A DNA stretch of 64,000 nt, taken from the NCBI RefSeq assembly GCF_003918875.1, contig NW_025766625.1:1178001-1242000 (forward strand). The letters are read 5' to 3'. The stretch comes from Haliotis rubra (Eukaryota). The notes under the pieces are model-generated. The model was not told the DNA's origin, ran no database searches, and was given only the letters and a program-made list of their open reading frames with translations. Shown here piece after piece: positions 12,726 to 23,105 of this stretch. The position numbers were made by a program, and so were the translations under genes. The first letter of the stretch is position 1. The number at the start of each line of letters is the position of its first letter.

Positions 12726-13245
12726 GTTACTGGATCAGGTTCCAGCGAGATTCATCCTCAAAGAGCAGCTATGAAGCGCAAAAATGAATCCCAGGATAAC
12801 AGACAGTGGAATCGGTGCATACTATGTCTGGATCACCCTGCCAACATAGTATTCCTCCCATGTGGGCATCTGGTAGTTTGTGTCATGTGCAAACAAGTTA
12901 TACAACGTTGCCCAGTTTGCAGCATCCGTATCCGGGGATGTGTTCGCATCTATCCAATGAGTCATCAAAGTTCAAGACACCCGTCCTCGGATCAAAGTTC
13001 AAGACACCCGTCCTCGGATTTCACTCTTCGTGATCCGTCGCCAGAGATCCCTCCGACATCCATAATACCTCCAGATCACCGTCCTACATCTATAATGTCG
13101 TCAGCTTCTAAACCAGAGACTGGAACGAATTACTACGCACCTGATTACCACCTTGAAACTGATAGACTGTCGTCGTTCCAAGGCTGGCCGAGCGAGAGGA
13201 CTCCGACACCGCAGCAACTTGCTATTGCTGGTTTTTACTATACAG
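12726..13245 (+). CDS. IAP-2 exon: internal C3HC4 RING, linker, first half of BIR3
   Basis: CILCLDHPANIVFLPCGHLVVCVMCKQVIQRCPVC runs without a stop into DRLSSFQGWP...LAIAGFYYTG; AG/GT bounded and in phase. Confidence 0.85.
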
Positions 13246-13918
13246 GTACTGTTAAACACGTGTTTAATGTCTTTCACTGTTCAAAATACCAAGCCACAAT
13301 AGTGTACATTTTCAATAGGAAAACTTGTTTTGTAGAATGCTAAGTTCTAAGGATGCGCAAAGAAAGTCTAACAATACTACATGTACAGTGATTTTTTTAG
13401 TATCTGTATAAAAAGTTGCTCGATCGGAATTAATGTCACCTTGAAAGGTATTGGGGTTTCATGAGGATGCATCGTGTTGCTATGGGAGAAACTATGAAAG
13501 TTACACAGATCTTAGGCATTTTCGTGTGACATTTTCAGAAACTTTTCAATATCAAAATGTGATGACATCTATCGTCCAAATGCCATTATAGTGTTTAGTC
13601 TTCTCACTTCTACATTATTACTGTATTACTTATTCTTTATTGGTTTAACTGTAGTGAAAAGTTTAACTTTGTCGAAGAGCTGTGAATCGTAGAAGAGATA
13701 GGATAATCATATTAATGATCTTCAGAAACAAGGCATGACATTAAATATAATTACCAATCAGAAACGCATACAACTCTAAGATGCAACTTATATTGTCTTA
13801 AACGGTGTCCCCATTGTCCCAAAACATGATGAATTAACCATGATAACATTCTACAATGTTGTAATGCTCATTCATATTTGTTCTTAATATCTTGGCACAT
13901 TGACATACCTCCCCGCAG

Positions 13919-14064
13919 GTTTCCTGGACAAGGTCCGATGCTTTTGCTGTGGAGTTAGGCTGAGGAAATTGGATGAAGAAGACGATCCGTGGCGGGAACA
14001 TACTCGCTTTAGCCCAAACTGCCGTTTTTTGGCAGAAAGATCTCCTGCAGATACTACACCACAG
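13919..14064 (+). CDS. IAP-2 exon: second half of BIR3
   Basis: Near-identical paralog of exon 12450..12595. Confidence 0.9.
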
Positions 14065-14190
14065 GTAATACCAACATTCATTCATGTTCATGCAACCCAA
14101 AGAAATCTTTTTCATAAAGCTGTATATGTTATTAAACAGTAAATGTTTGTTGAATACTACTTTTACAAACTCCTCAAAATGTATCTGTAG

Positions 14191-14217
14191 GTTACCGGTT
14201 CAAGTTCCAACGAGATG
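14191..14217 (+). CDS. IAP-2 last exon, 5' part (VTGSSSNEM), interrupted by the LTR element
   Basis: Acceptor at 14190; homologous to the start of exon 12726 (VTGSGSSEI); continues at 23109. Confidence 0.85.
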
Positions 14218-14539
14218 TGTCGTAACTGGCGTTTGGGTGTTAGTAAACCCTACCACCGTTACCTATTAATTATGGTCGTTCCACATTGTTCGGGGAGATG
14301 GTAGCTCTGGCGCTCCACTCGCTTGGTCCGTTGCAGGACGCTAAGTCAAGGAGTGAGGGTTCTGACGACCGTGACTCCTAATTAACCACATAACATTCAT
14401 GTACTGGCACACATACATTCAAAGATAAACGCAACACCAAGTTTATACTCACATAGTTTTTTGAGCAAAACTGCAAATCTAAATACAAATCTGATGTAAT
14501 TCTCTCACGGTTTTGGGGATGCATTTTTACCTTATAACA
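14218..14539 (-). repeat. 3' LTR (322 bp, lacking 420 bp present in the 5' LTR)
   Basis: Matches 22363..22606 joined to 23027..23104, with about 5 substitutions counted by eye. Confidence 0.92.
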
Positions 14540-14548
14540 TCCTCCGCC
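14540..14548 (-). promoter_or_regulatory. Polypurine tract GGCGGAGGA
   Basis: Purine-rich run immediately 5' of the 3' LTR on the - strand. Confidence 0.7.
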
Positions 14549-16580
14549 TGTGGACAAGAGCTGCCCACAGCTCGGATACATTAAACATGAGCACAGGTCC
14601 GATATGTTAAAGTTAAACACATTGAACACCGTCGAAGCAAAACAGGATCGGTAATTTCTGAGAGGAAATGATAACCCATTTCAAACTTTCGGAATATTCG
14701 GAAAAAGTCGAGGATACTGTACCTTAAAAACGAGCATGCCAAGGAATAAGAGAATGATCCTATGTTACTTCGGGTAACCACAAAGCATATACATCATATA
14801 TATTATGAGATGAAAACACAACAATGAATTAAAGTCAATATTAAATGTGAAAATGTCTTCAATATGGCCAAACAATGGCACCACCATTCACAAAAGTTCA
14901 TAAGTCTCTGGTCCCATCGAATAAACTGGCAAACGTCTACTGGAAAAGTCATGTTCTGAATGTCACTTGATATACACTGAACGCTGTTTACTCTGTGCGA
15001 GGCCACAACAAAATTAATGTCTGAACACAGGGCCGTGTATCACACAGCATAGTTAATTGGCTTGGTCTTCAAAGTGAGGAGACGAAATGTTCTGCACACT
15101 GCGTGAGTGAGCTCTGTAGTTTCACTGATGATGTACCCTGTTGCTTTCGCAACTTGTAGGGGGGCATCGTAGAGGTCTTGCAGTGTCTATCGTCAATACT
15201 GCGCCTTCGTGGGCGGTGTTCAGCGTCGCAACCTGGAACTTGCGATAGCGTTCGCCGGTAACAGCAAGTGTGGAGCCAGATAATCGATGTGGCGTGGACC
15301 AGACGACAGCGAGGGAGGAGCTTATCTGTTCTCCCGTCTGAATGGGGTCCGGCCATTAATCTACAACACTTGAAACAAGTGTTAAACCACGGCGAATATA
15401 ATTAGTATTATAATATACATTAGATACGACAGCAATACATGTTAAAACATGACACGCTCAAATAAATGGCAACCTGTGTACAGGTCACAGTAGACAATTA
15501 CAGCATTCTTGACTGCCGACTGCGTGCCGAATAACAATTTGAGTCCATAATGTTGCATGAATATTCTCTGATACCTATGTAGCATGGCATCAATAAATAG
15601 TAATCAAATGTTATTTTAACCATGGACGACATCTGTAATACCTGTAATAGGTTAAATAGGTGCAAGTTACTCACAACATTCAGTAAATGCTTTGCAGTTT
15701 AAAACAACAAGAACGAACAACACCGATAAATAAGGGATGGACTGAAAGTATACATTGAAACACGGATAAGAATATTTCCTAACAAGTAACATTGAAGAGA
15801 ATCCACAGTAGAATTATGTAATATAAATAACTTCCATCTATCCGTAATGTATGAGACATCAATTCCTAATACAGGTATTGTCTCTATAGAAAAGTTATAC
15901 AATATTGTCGTAAGAATGAGTATTAATATATGACTGAACATTCTCTTTGTGACTTTGTAATTATATAGGGGTTAAGAGCACGATGATCTCTACTGTTAAA
16001 ACATTTAACAAAATATTACTATAACTTTAAAACATGGAGTATTTATCGAAAACTATCGCTTTTCCAATTCTTAACCATTGTGTAGACTCAAATGGTCAAT
16101 GTACCCAAATGACAAGTGTTCTAACACTGAAAAATGACTGGTCGTTAAAAGTTTGTTGAACTCCATTATCAAGATTACGTGCTGATTTCGTCCTCTGCAC
16201 AATGCGTTTCCACGGTGACAGTCCACCATAAGATAACGGTTGAATTCGTCATCGACATAAATACACTTTGCTGCGACCGTTATATCTGGCATTTGGCGGA
16301 GAACAAAAGCTTTCTATTGCTAATAGGATAACCGGGGTCTGCCGTCTGATTTAAGGGGACGGTTGTAATGCCATAATGTTATAAAACCATAAAAACACTT
16401 GCTATAGTTGGAAGGAATTGTTTGAATTGAAACGTTTTTCCAGACATATATATATATATATATAGATGGGGTTTGAATTACCAAAATTGGGGCTATCGAA
16501 CAGTAAATAATATGTAAAGAAAACTCGTTGAATACGAAAGTTAGTCAAAAATTTGCAGCTGACAACGTGAGGTCACGGGT

Positions 16581-18704
16581 TCAGAGATAAAATTGTGGCA
16601 GAACAATCTCATGACAAGAATTCGTCAAATGTAAAACTAAGGTCGTAACCGGTCGATTGAACTTTTTTACTCTGCGAAGAAGTAAAATAAACACCAGAAA
16701 TACTGTCGATATGATGAGGAAAACATCCATTGAAATAGTTGATTTAATCAAAGACATAAAAGATGGCTGGGGATAGTTCGGAGGGGTGGTTGTGTGGTAT
16801 GCTTTCCAATCTATCAAACCATTAGTCGGGGAACCTGCTGTAAGTAACGTTAAAGCAAAAAATAGGCGTCTAACTTTTAACCATAAATACATAACCAGTA
16901 TAAATAGAAATAAGGACAAACCTGCGGCAAAACTAGCCGTTAAATGTTAGGGCTTGGTTAAGGACCCATCCAAAGCAGACGATGGAAGGGAATTCATCCA
17001 ATTATCTTCAATTAAATTATCCGAAATCACTTGTGCCTTTTTCATACGCTTGGAAATAAGGCGTAAATCAACTTGAAATTTATTTTCCTTTTTCCGAATG
17101 TCATCGAAAACTTTATAATCGATTAATAAATGTGGAATTTTGAACGCAGAATCTTCTAAAAGAAGCCGTAAAGTTTCGTAAGGTTTCAGTACGGATGAAT
17201 TGAAAAATTCCGATAAGAGTAGAAGATTGGGTGGATACAATTTTGAAGTTGTTGACTTTTTTTCACAGTGATGAATTCTCATGTCTATGTCGAATTCATC
17301 CAGTTTCAACGCACAGTGGCAAGGAATTTTAAATATACAAATCTGACAAGCTGGACGCTTCTCAATGCGACCCTTGCAAGTTAATATAATAGTTTTTATG
17401 CCACTGAGCAAAACAAGGCCTGGTTCGATTTCGAGAGCCATCGAACGAAGCCCTTTTAATCTAAATTTAACATCACACAAGGATTTAATTCCTGGTGCGT
17501 CCTGATCAAGCAGAGCAAGTGCGCAGGTGAGAACCAGTGTTTGGTTTGGCGCTAAGAAAAATTGGGCAATGTTTTTTGTGTTCACCAAAACATGTTTGAA
17601 AATCCCTGGTAGAAAATTCAATATACTGATCTTTCGCTTCCGAAACTGCCAAATAATCAGGTAAATTCATAACCTGAGTGACGTGTGAACTTGATTGATT
17701 AATTGGTAGGCCAAATGAATTGATTCGATATACCTCGAGGAGAGTTGAATGAGTCTGGAAAGGAACAATGAGTGAAATTAAAATTGAATCTCCAGTTCTA
17801 GAACAATGAACAGTGCGTTCCCGATAATAATAGCCTGGATCCTTGTGAGCAACGTGAAACAACGGATATTCTGCGTTTAGACGTTTTTGAATCATATTTA
17901 GGGCCTTCTTTACTTCCGTAACTGGGAGCAAAGATGGACTCAAACGTTGGTTAACTAATTGCTGTATTCCAAGATACATTTCATCAATTTCCTGTCGAAT
18001 AGTCGTCAAAAATGTCAGACGATCTAGCAAAATTTTCATAGAAATGAAAATACTTTTTTCTACGTCTTGTACCTGTTCGGCGACCTGAGAAATGTCCCTA
18101 TGATTCGTTTCAATACCTGTTAGAGAGGAAGAAATACGGTCATTGGTTTTAGCTATAAATGACGACATCTGACGAACTTGCACTTGTACAACGCGAGAAG
18201 TATTAGTTACATGCATTGATAATCGTTTGACATACTGCGCCAGCCGTTCTACATCTTCGACTGTAGCAGTACCAAAAATTGAACGACTAATGGATCCGAT
18301 AAATGGAAGGATTGCCCGTCTCGTGCGTGAATCCTTTTGAAAAGTGTTAACATGCGGAATTAATATTTTAATGTCCTTACTGACATTCGTCCAATACACG
18401 AGCAATTCTTGTTCCGCTTTCTTTATATATCCATCTATAGCATTCACAGAATAACAATGTAACGCGTGCGTTTTACAAAACTGTTGGTAATCTGGTCTAT
18501 TACCCATTTCAGACAAATCTGGCAATTTATACTTGAATACATGGATCCATTTATTTTGTGAAATGTCGATACGTGACGTATGGATAAATACAACTCCCCA
18601 TGGAAGTCGTAATTCTGTATGGACAGAATTAACTTGATTCTGGATGATGACAAGCGCCATCAGCGTGAACAAGACCCAAACTGGTCGAAGGAGACTCCTG
18701 GATT
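16581..18704 (-). pseudogene. env: env: class I viral fusion glycoprotein (gypsy-Env/baculovirus-F-like); frameshift near 17530 and an in-frame TAA at 16947..16949 before the TM segment
   Basis: Signal-peptide-like SRSLLRPVWVLFTLMALVIIQ, furin site RTRR followed by fusion peptide AILPFIGSISRSIFGTAT, heptad repeat, QRLSPSLL motif, Cys-rich region, TM GLSLFLFILVMYLWL and a second TM VFLIISTVFLVFILLL. Confidence 0.85.
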
Positions 18705-19830
18705 CTAAAATTCAAAGAACGGGATTATGAACATAAAATAGAAACTTGAAATGAAATCATATACGTCATCAATATTCTTAGGAAAAGTTTCCATCACTGT
18801 AAAACTGCATTCATATGACGTCTTCTCCTGTCAATTGAAACTGACTGTATTAAACATATGATAACAATTGTCACATGCAGGTAATGGTAGTTTCACACTA
18901 GTATTCGTGCGAATAAACAACATTCAACAATAGTAGTAAATTCTCATCAACCTGTTTCATCAGAAGATTTCTCACCACGGAACATATATGTATTGGTACG
19001 GTATAACCATTGAACACTGAATTCTCTTGACTTCCTTTCGAGTCATGTAACTGTAATTCATTGTTCGTCATCGTATTTCATTGAATACCATTGTATTTGT
19101 ATATATATCGTATCATCATCGTCAGATCTCTTTGGATCGTAGTTCATTTCTTTTTCTCGTATATACACGCATAGCGAAACGCTTTGTAATGGTCCGCGAA
19201 TATGTACAACGTCCCTTTTGGACAGCGCGACCTGTAACCTTCCCGTAGAAGTAGTATGAATATGCATAACCTGACCCAAACATTTTGGTCAGTAACCCGG
19301 GAATGTATTCTTCAAGTAGTAATACGAAATGTGACCCAAACCTTTGCAGCGTTTGGTCACTAACCCGTGAATATGAATATATTTTTCAATATCAACCAAC
19401 ACGTGACTGTATGCAGTTGAAGTATTCTGAATATATTCAACAAGACATTTGACAAGAAACAATACACAGTTCAACATATATGCACACTTCTATTTCCTTG
19501 TAACCTGGTGACAATTGCATCATGTAACATCGTAAAGGATGATCTATAGCGTGGGCTAGCACCATGCGTATAGCATCATATAGTGATAATCCTGAAATAA
19601 AACACATGCAAAAATCAATTTGTGGGTGATCAGTCCTCAGCATGATATTTGCAGTGTCGTAACTAAAAAGGTAACGCTTTATAACAATTTGTCAGAAACA
19701 ATATTTCAAATATTTTGTTAAAAATTCTAACGCTTTCGTTTCTCATTTAACGACTGCAGTATCATATAATCATAGGTCTCCTTCAGGGATTTTGGATTCG
19801 TGATTATCTGTAACCACATGTAAAGTGCAG

Positions 19831-21063
19831 TTACCTCATGTAAAGTGCAGTTCTCCTAGTAAATCCTGTAGTATTTCTTTCCACTGAGTATTCTACGCTC
19901 GCATCCATTTTGCTATACAAAGTATTCCTGTATATCCAAGGTGACTTTTTATGCCTGTCCGATGTTAACGGCTTGGAAATGGGGGTTATGATGTCTGTAT
20001 CCGTACCAGATTTATGCAATTTATTAATTTGATTGTAATGACCGACAACTGGAAATGGGTTAGTTGGCCTGTGTCTGTGGTTGACAAACCGCCTAAGCCG
20101 TTTAGCATGACCAGGAACTTTCAGTCGTTTACGATTGTCATAACGTGGTCGTTTGCACGTACACGGTGGCAATTGATTGGACGCGTCATATTGTCTGTGT
20201 GATGTGGAGTAATCTCCTGTCGGGACAGCGGTTACTCTAAGTGAGCTGTCATCATACAAATCTGATGACAAATCTGTTGTGATTGGAATCGATATTTGGT
20301 TGTTGTTATCCGACTGGGGAAGACCACTGTCTGAATTCGGTGAACATTCTGAATACGGAAAGCTTGACAGAATCTCTGTGGGATGCCAGTGTTTGCCCGG
20401 TCGATACTGAACTGTAAAACCTAGGCAGTGTTCCTTTTTTGATGGGGGAGCAATTGTGACATTTTGCCGCGAGCAAGCAGGAATGTGTTCTGACTCCGTG
20501 GGGATTGATTGTTTACCAGCAACAGGTGGTAATAAAGTACCATTCGCCCTCATTGGAACAACTGTTGAACCATTCTGAATAGCCAAAGTATAAGATTGAA
20601 AATTCATGACAGTCTTTTGACTTATCAAGAAATCTAATCCTAAAATCATGGGAGACTCAAAATTTGCAACAACTAGAAAACATTGTTCTGTTTGAAAATC
20701 ACCAATAGTGATGGAAAGTACAACTTGTCCTAATACTGGCATTATATTTTGACTTATCCCTTGAATAGATGGCACATCTGACTTTTCAATAGGGATTTTT
20801 TTCCATAGGCCTGAATCATTGAAAACTTCTAGGCTTAAAACACTAGAACCAGCGCCTGAATCTACAATTGTTGGAACTAACTTTTCTCCCAAAACAACAT
20901 GAATTGTATTAAGCCTGTTGTCGCTTTCAAATGTAGTCTGCGAAAAGTTAGATTTTGGCTGGTTGTAACGAGGAGAATTACAAGCTTGTGGTTTCAAATA
21001 AGTATGGTCAACCGTTTGTTCAGCACAATGGGAAAATTTCCTGCGTGGTCTTGACTGTAATTG
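19831..21063 (-). CDS. pro: Retropepsin (aspartic protease) ORF in frame with gag; remnant pol with RNase H and integrase C-terminal stubs only
   Basis: IVDSGAGSSVL active site and ILGLDFL motif, FTVQYRPGK (RNase H end), VPGHAKRLRRF (integrase C-terminus). No YxDD or DDE core. Confidence 0.85.
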   Translation of the reverse strand, partial: QLQSRPRRKFSHCAEQTVDHTYLKPQACNSPRYNQPKSNFSQTTFESDNRLNTIHVVLGEKLVPTIVDSGAGSSVLSLEVFNDSGLWKKIPIEKSDVPSIQGISQNIMPVLGQVVLSITIGDFQTEQCFLVVANFESPMILGLDFLISQKTVMNFQSYTLAIQNGSTVVPMRANGTLLPPVAGKQSIPTESEHIPACSRQNVTIAPPSKKEHCLGFTVQYRPGKHWHPTEILSSFPYSECSPNSDSGLPQSDNNNQISIPITTDLSSDLYDDSSLRVTAVPTGDYSTSHRQYDASNQLPPCTCKRPRYDNRKRLKVPGHAKRLRRFVNHRHRPTNPFPVVGHYNQINKLHKSGTDTDIITPISKPLTSDRHKKSPWIYRNTLYSKMDASVEYSVERNTTGFTRRTALYMR

Positions 21064-22185
21064 CTATCTGCTAGTTCGGTAACCTGACTGGTACCTAGCC
21101 CTGCATACTCGTTGAAAATGTCCTATCTTGTGACAAAAATGGCTCTGAATATTCCGTGCGGGACAAAAATCAGAATGAGAAAAATCGTACTCACCACCGC
21201 ATCTGTAACACTGCCTTCCACGGGCCATGTTGTCTCCTTGAATGGGGTCTGTCCATTGAGGAGTGGGCTGCCACGGTTGATCTGTATACCTGGATTGTCT
21301 GGGGAACTGGGGACGTTGATTCTGTCGGGACTCATAAGTATTGATCTGTGACGATACCGGAGCGAGTTTTGCCGAAAGTTCAACAATCTGTAATCTCAGC
21401 GTATCTATTGCTAGCATAACGTTTGTACTGTCTTCAGACTGGGGAATGACCGATCTAGCCAGTCGCGCAAATGAAACTGCCTCGTTTAGCACATTTGGTT
21501 GTTTCATTAACACATGTCGCCTGGTATTGTCATCCAGTCCCCTAACGAAGGCGTCCATTACATCTGCATCTGTTTTTCCTAACAGGCTAGCCGTCTCAGT
21601 CAAGTCCGCCAAATAAGTATCTATAGATTCTGTAGAGGATAGCTTTCGACTGACAAAAGTTTCCAAAAGGGCCCAACGGTCAGTAGGATGGACATACTTG
21701 TCCTTGAACAATTTCTCAATCTCATCAAAACGGACTATTTCTTCCTCTGCCGATTCTATCAAATCTTTGTACCATAGATACGCCGCGTCCTTTAAAAACA
21801 GTGGGAAAACTTCAATTTTCTGTGCATCAGTCCACCTTTTAAAGTTATCAAAATGAGCAAAACGGTCAAGCCACTCGGCAGAATGAAACGTGTCCCTACC
21901 TGTGAAATGTTCTGGCATTAAAGTGGAATCGCCCATATTGAAGTCAGGTGCAGAATAAGAACTATTGGTAGATGACAAATCTAAAGAGGAAAATGAGAAT
22001 TCTAAATCCTCCTGAGAAAGAGATAGGGAGAGGTCATTGGGAGCAGATGGAGGTTGAGACGTTGACGTGGGTTGTTGTATTATGCCAAGTCGGGTTGGAT
22101 TAGTAAAAATGTTAGAAGTGATGGGACGAGATTGGACCAGACTGTCATAGGACGTAGATGAATCTGAATCATTTCCACGAGGCAT
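21064..22185 (-). CDS. gag: Gag (retrotransposon capsid domain plus Zn knuckles)
   Basis: PEHFTG...WLDRF...FPLFLKDAAYLWY capsid motif, FVRGL, and CYRCG..H...C plus a degenerate SHFCHKIGHFQRVC knuckle. Confidence 0.92.
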   Translation of the reverse strand: MPRGNDSDSSTSYDSLVQSRPITSNIFTNPTRLGIIQQPTSTSQPPSAPNDLSLSLSQEDLEFSFSSLDLSSTNSSYSAPDFNMGDSTLMPEHFTGRDTFHSAEWLDRFAHFDNFKRWTDAQKIEVFPLFLKDAAYLWYKDLIESAEEEIVRFDEIEKLFKDKYVHPTDRWALLETFVSRKLSSTESIDTYLADLTETASLLGKTDADVMDAFVRGLDDNTRRHVLMKQPNVLNEAVSFARLARSVIPQSEDSTNVMLAIDTLRLQIVELSAKLAPVSSQINTYESRQNQRPQFPRQSRYTDQPWQPTPQWTDPIQGDNMARGRQCYRCGGEYDFSHSDFCPARNIQSHFCHKIGHFQRVCRARYQSGYRTSR

Positions 22186-22346
22186 TACAAAAATTCAAAA
22201 TATCCTGAGGGAAAACTGCAGATAACATATCCCAGCCGCGAAAAGGGAACCTACCGTCAAACGTCAATGCAAGGGAACAAAAGGGTAGGAACGACCATAA
22301 GGAAAACAGCGAAATGGATCGTCTTAAACATTTTGTTCAAGAAGAA

Positions 22347-22362
22347 CCCGCAGACTCCACCA
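22347..22362 (-). promoter_or_regulatory. Primer binding site TGGTGGAGTCTGCGGG (tRNA-Ala-like)
   Basis: Starts with TGG directly after the 5' LTR and resembles the complement of the eukaryotic tRNA-Ala 3' end. Confidence 0.7.
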
Positions 22363-23104
22363 TGTCGTAACTGGCGTTTGGGTGTTAGTAAACCCTACCA
22401 CCGTTACCTATTAATTATGGTCGTTTCACATTGTTCGGGGAGATGGTAGCTCTGGCGCTCCACTCGCTTGGTCCGTTGCAGGACGCTAAGTCAAGGAGTG
22501 AGGGTTCTGACGACCGTGACTCCTAATTAACCACATAACATTCATGTACTGGCACACATACATTCAAAGATAAACGCAACCCCAAGTTTACACTCACATA
22601 GTTTTTACTCAGTCTCAGTCCATCTCTCTAACTACAACTTCAACATCAGACAAGGCAGGTTCGTACCACACGGGGCAACTGAGTGGCGTGAACTGGCTTC
22701 CGTCACTAAAAAGCGCGCACCACTCGCTCAGTGCCCAACCTGTCTTTTTATATGGTTCGAGCCTGGCCTGATCTTGATCACATGTTTGAACTAATCATTT
22801 TGATTCGGTTAGCCTGTATCCGACCTTGCACTCATGAATATTACGATTGGAAAAGTACCGGTAAGAATCGTTCGGTTACTCATCCCTTTGTTGTTTGTTT
22901 CAATGTAAGATTAATCTGTTATGTCTTTCAACAGAATGTGTTCTGTCTCTCTTTCCATAGCCTACGGCTAAACGCCATTCTATGGAAACTTTCCGTCTCC
23001 ATACCGTGCCTAACCGTTATGACTCATGAGCAAAACTGCAAATCTAAATACGAATCTGATGTAATTCTCTCACGGTTTGGGGGATGCATTTTTACCTTAT
23101 AACA
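22363..23104 (-). repeat. 5' LTR (742 bp) with TATAAAAA at 22752..22745
   Basis: TGTTATAAG...TTACGACA on the - strand, homologous to the 3' LTR. Confidence 0.92.
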
Positions 23105-23105
23105 G

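Larger units (their letters stand above)
14218..23104 (-). mobile_element. Env-bearing, RT/integrase-less LTR retroelement (Ty3/gypsy-related, endogenous-retrovirus-like)
   Basis: TG...CA LTRs, 4-bp TSD GATG (14214..14217 and 23105..23108), PBS, PPT, and gag, protease and env ORFs on the - strand. Confidence 0.93.

Noticed and set aside
22255-22298. Leader ATG plus GTAGGT donor as the env first exon
   Set aside because: Wrong phase for the 18704 acceptor, and it contains an in-frame stop.
22607-23026. Segment missing from the 3' LTR as a spliced intron or classic microhomology deletion
   Set aside because: Its ends are not GT-AG on either strand, and both ACTCA copies are removed.
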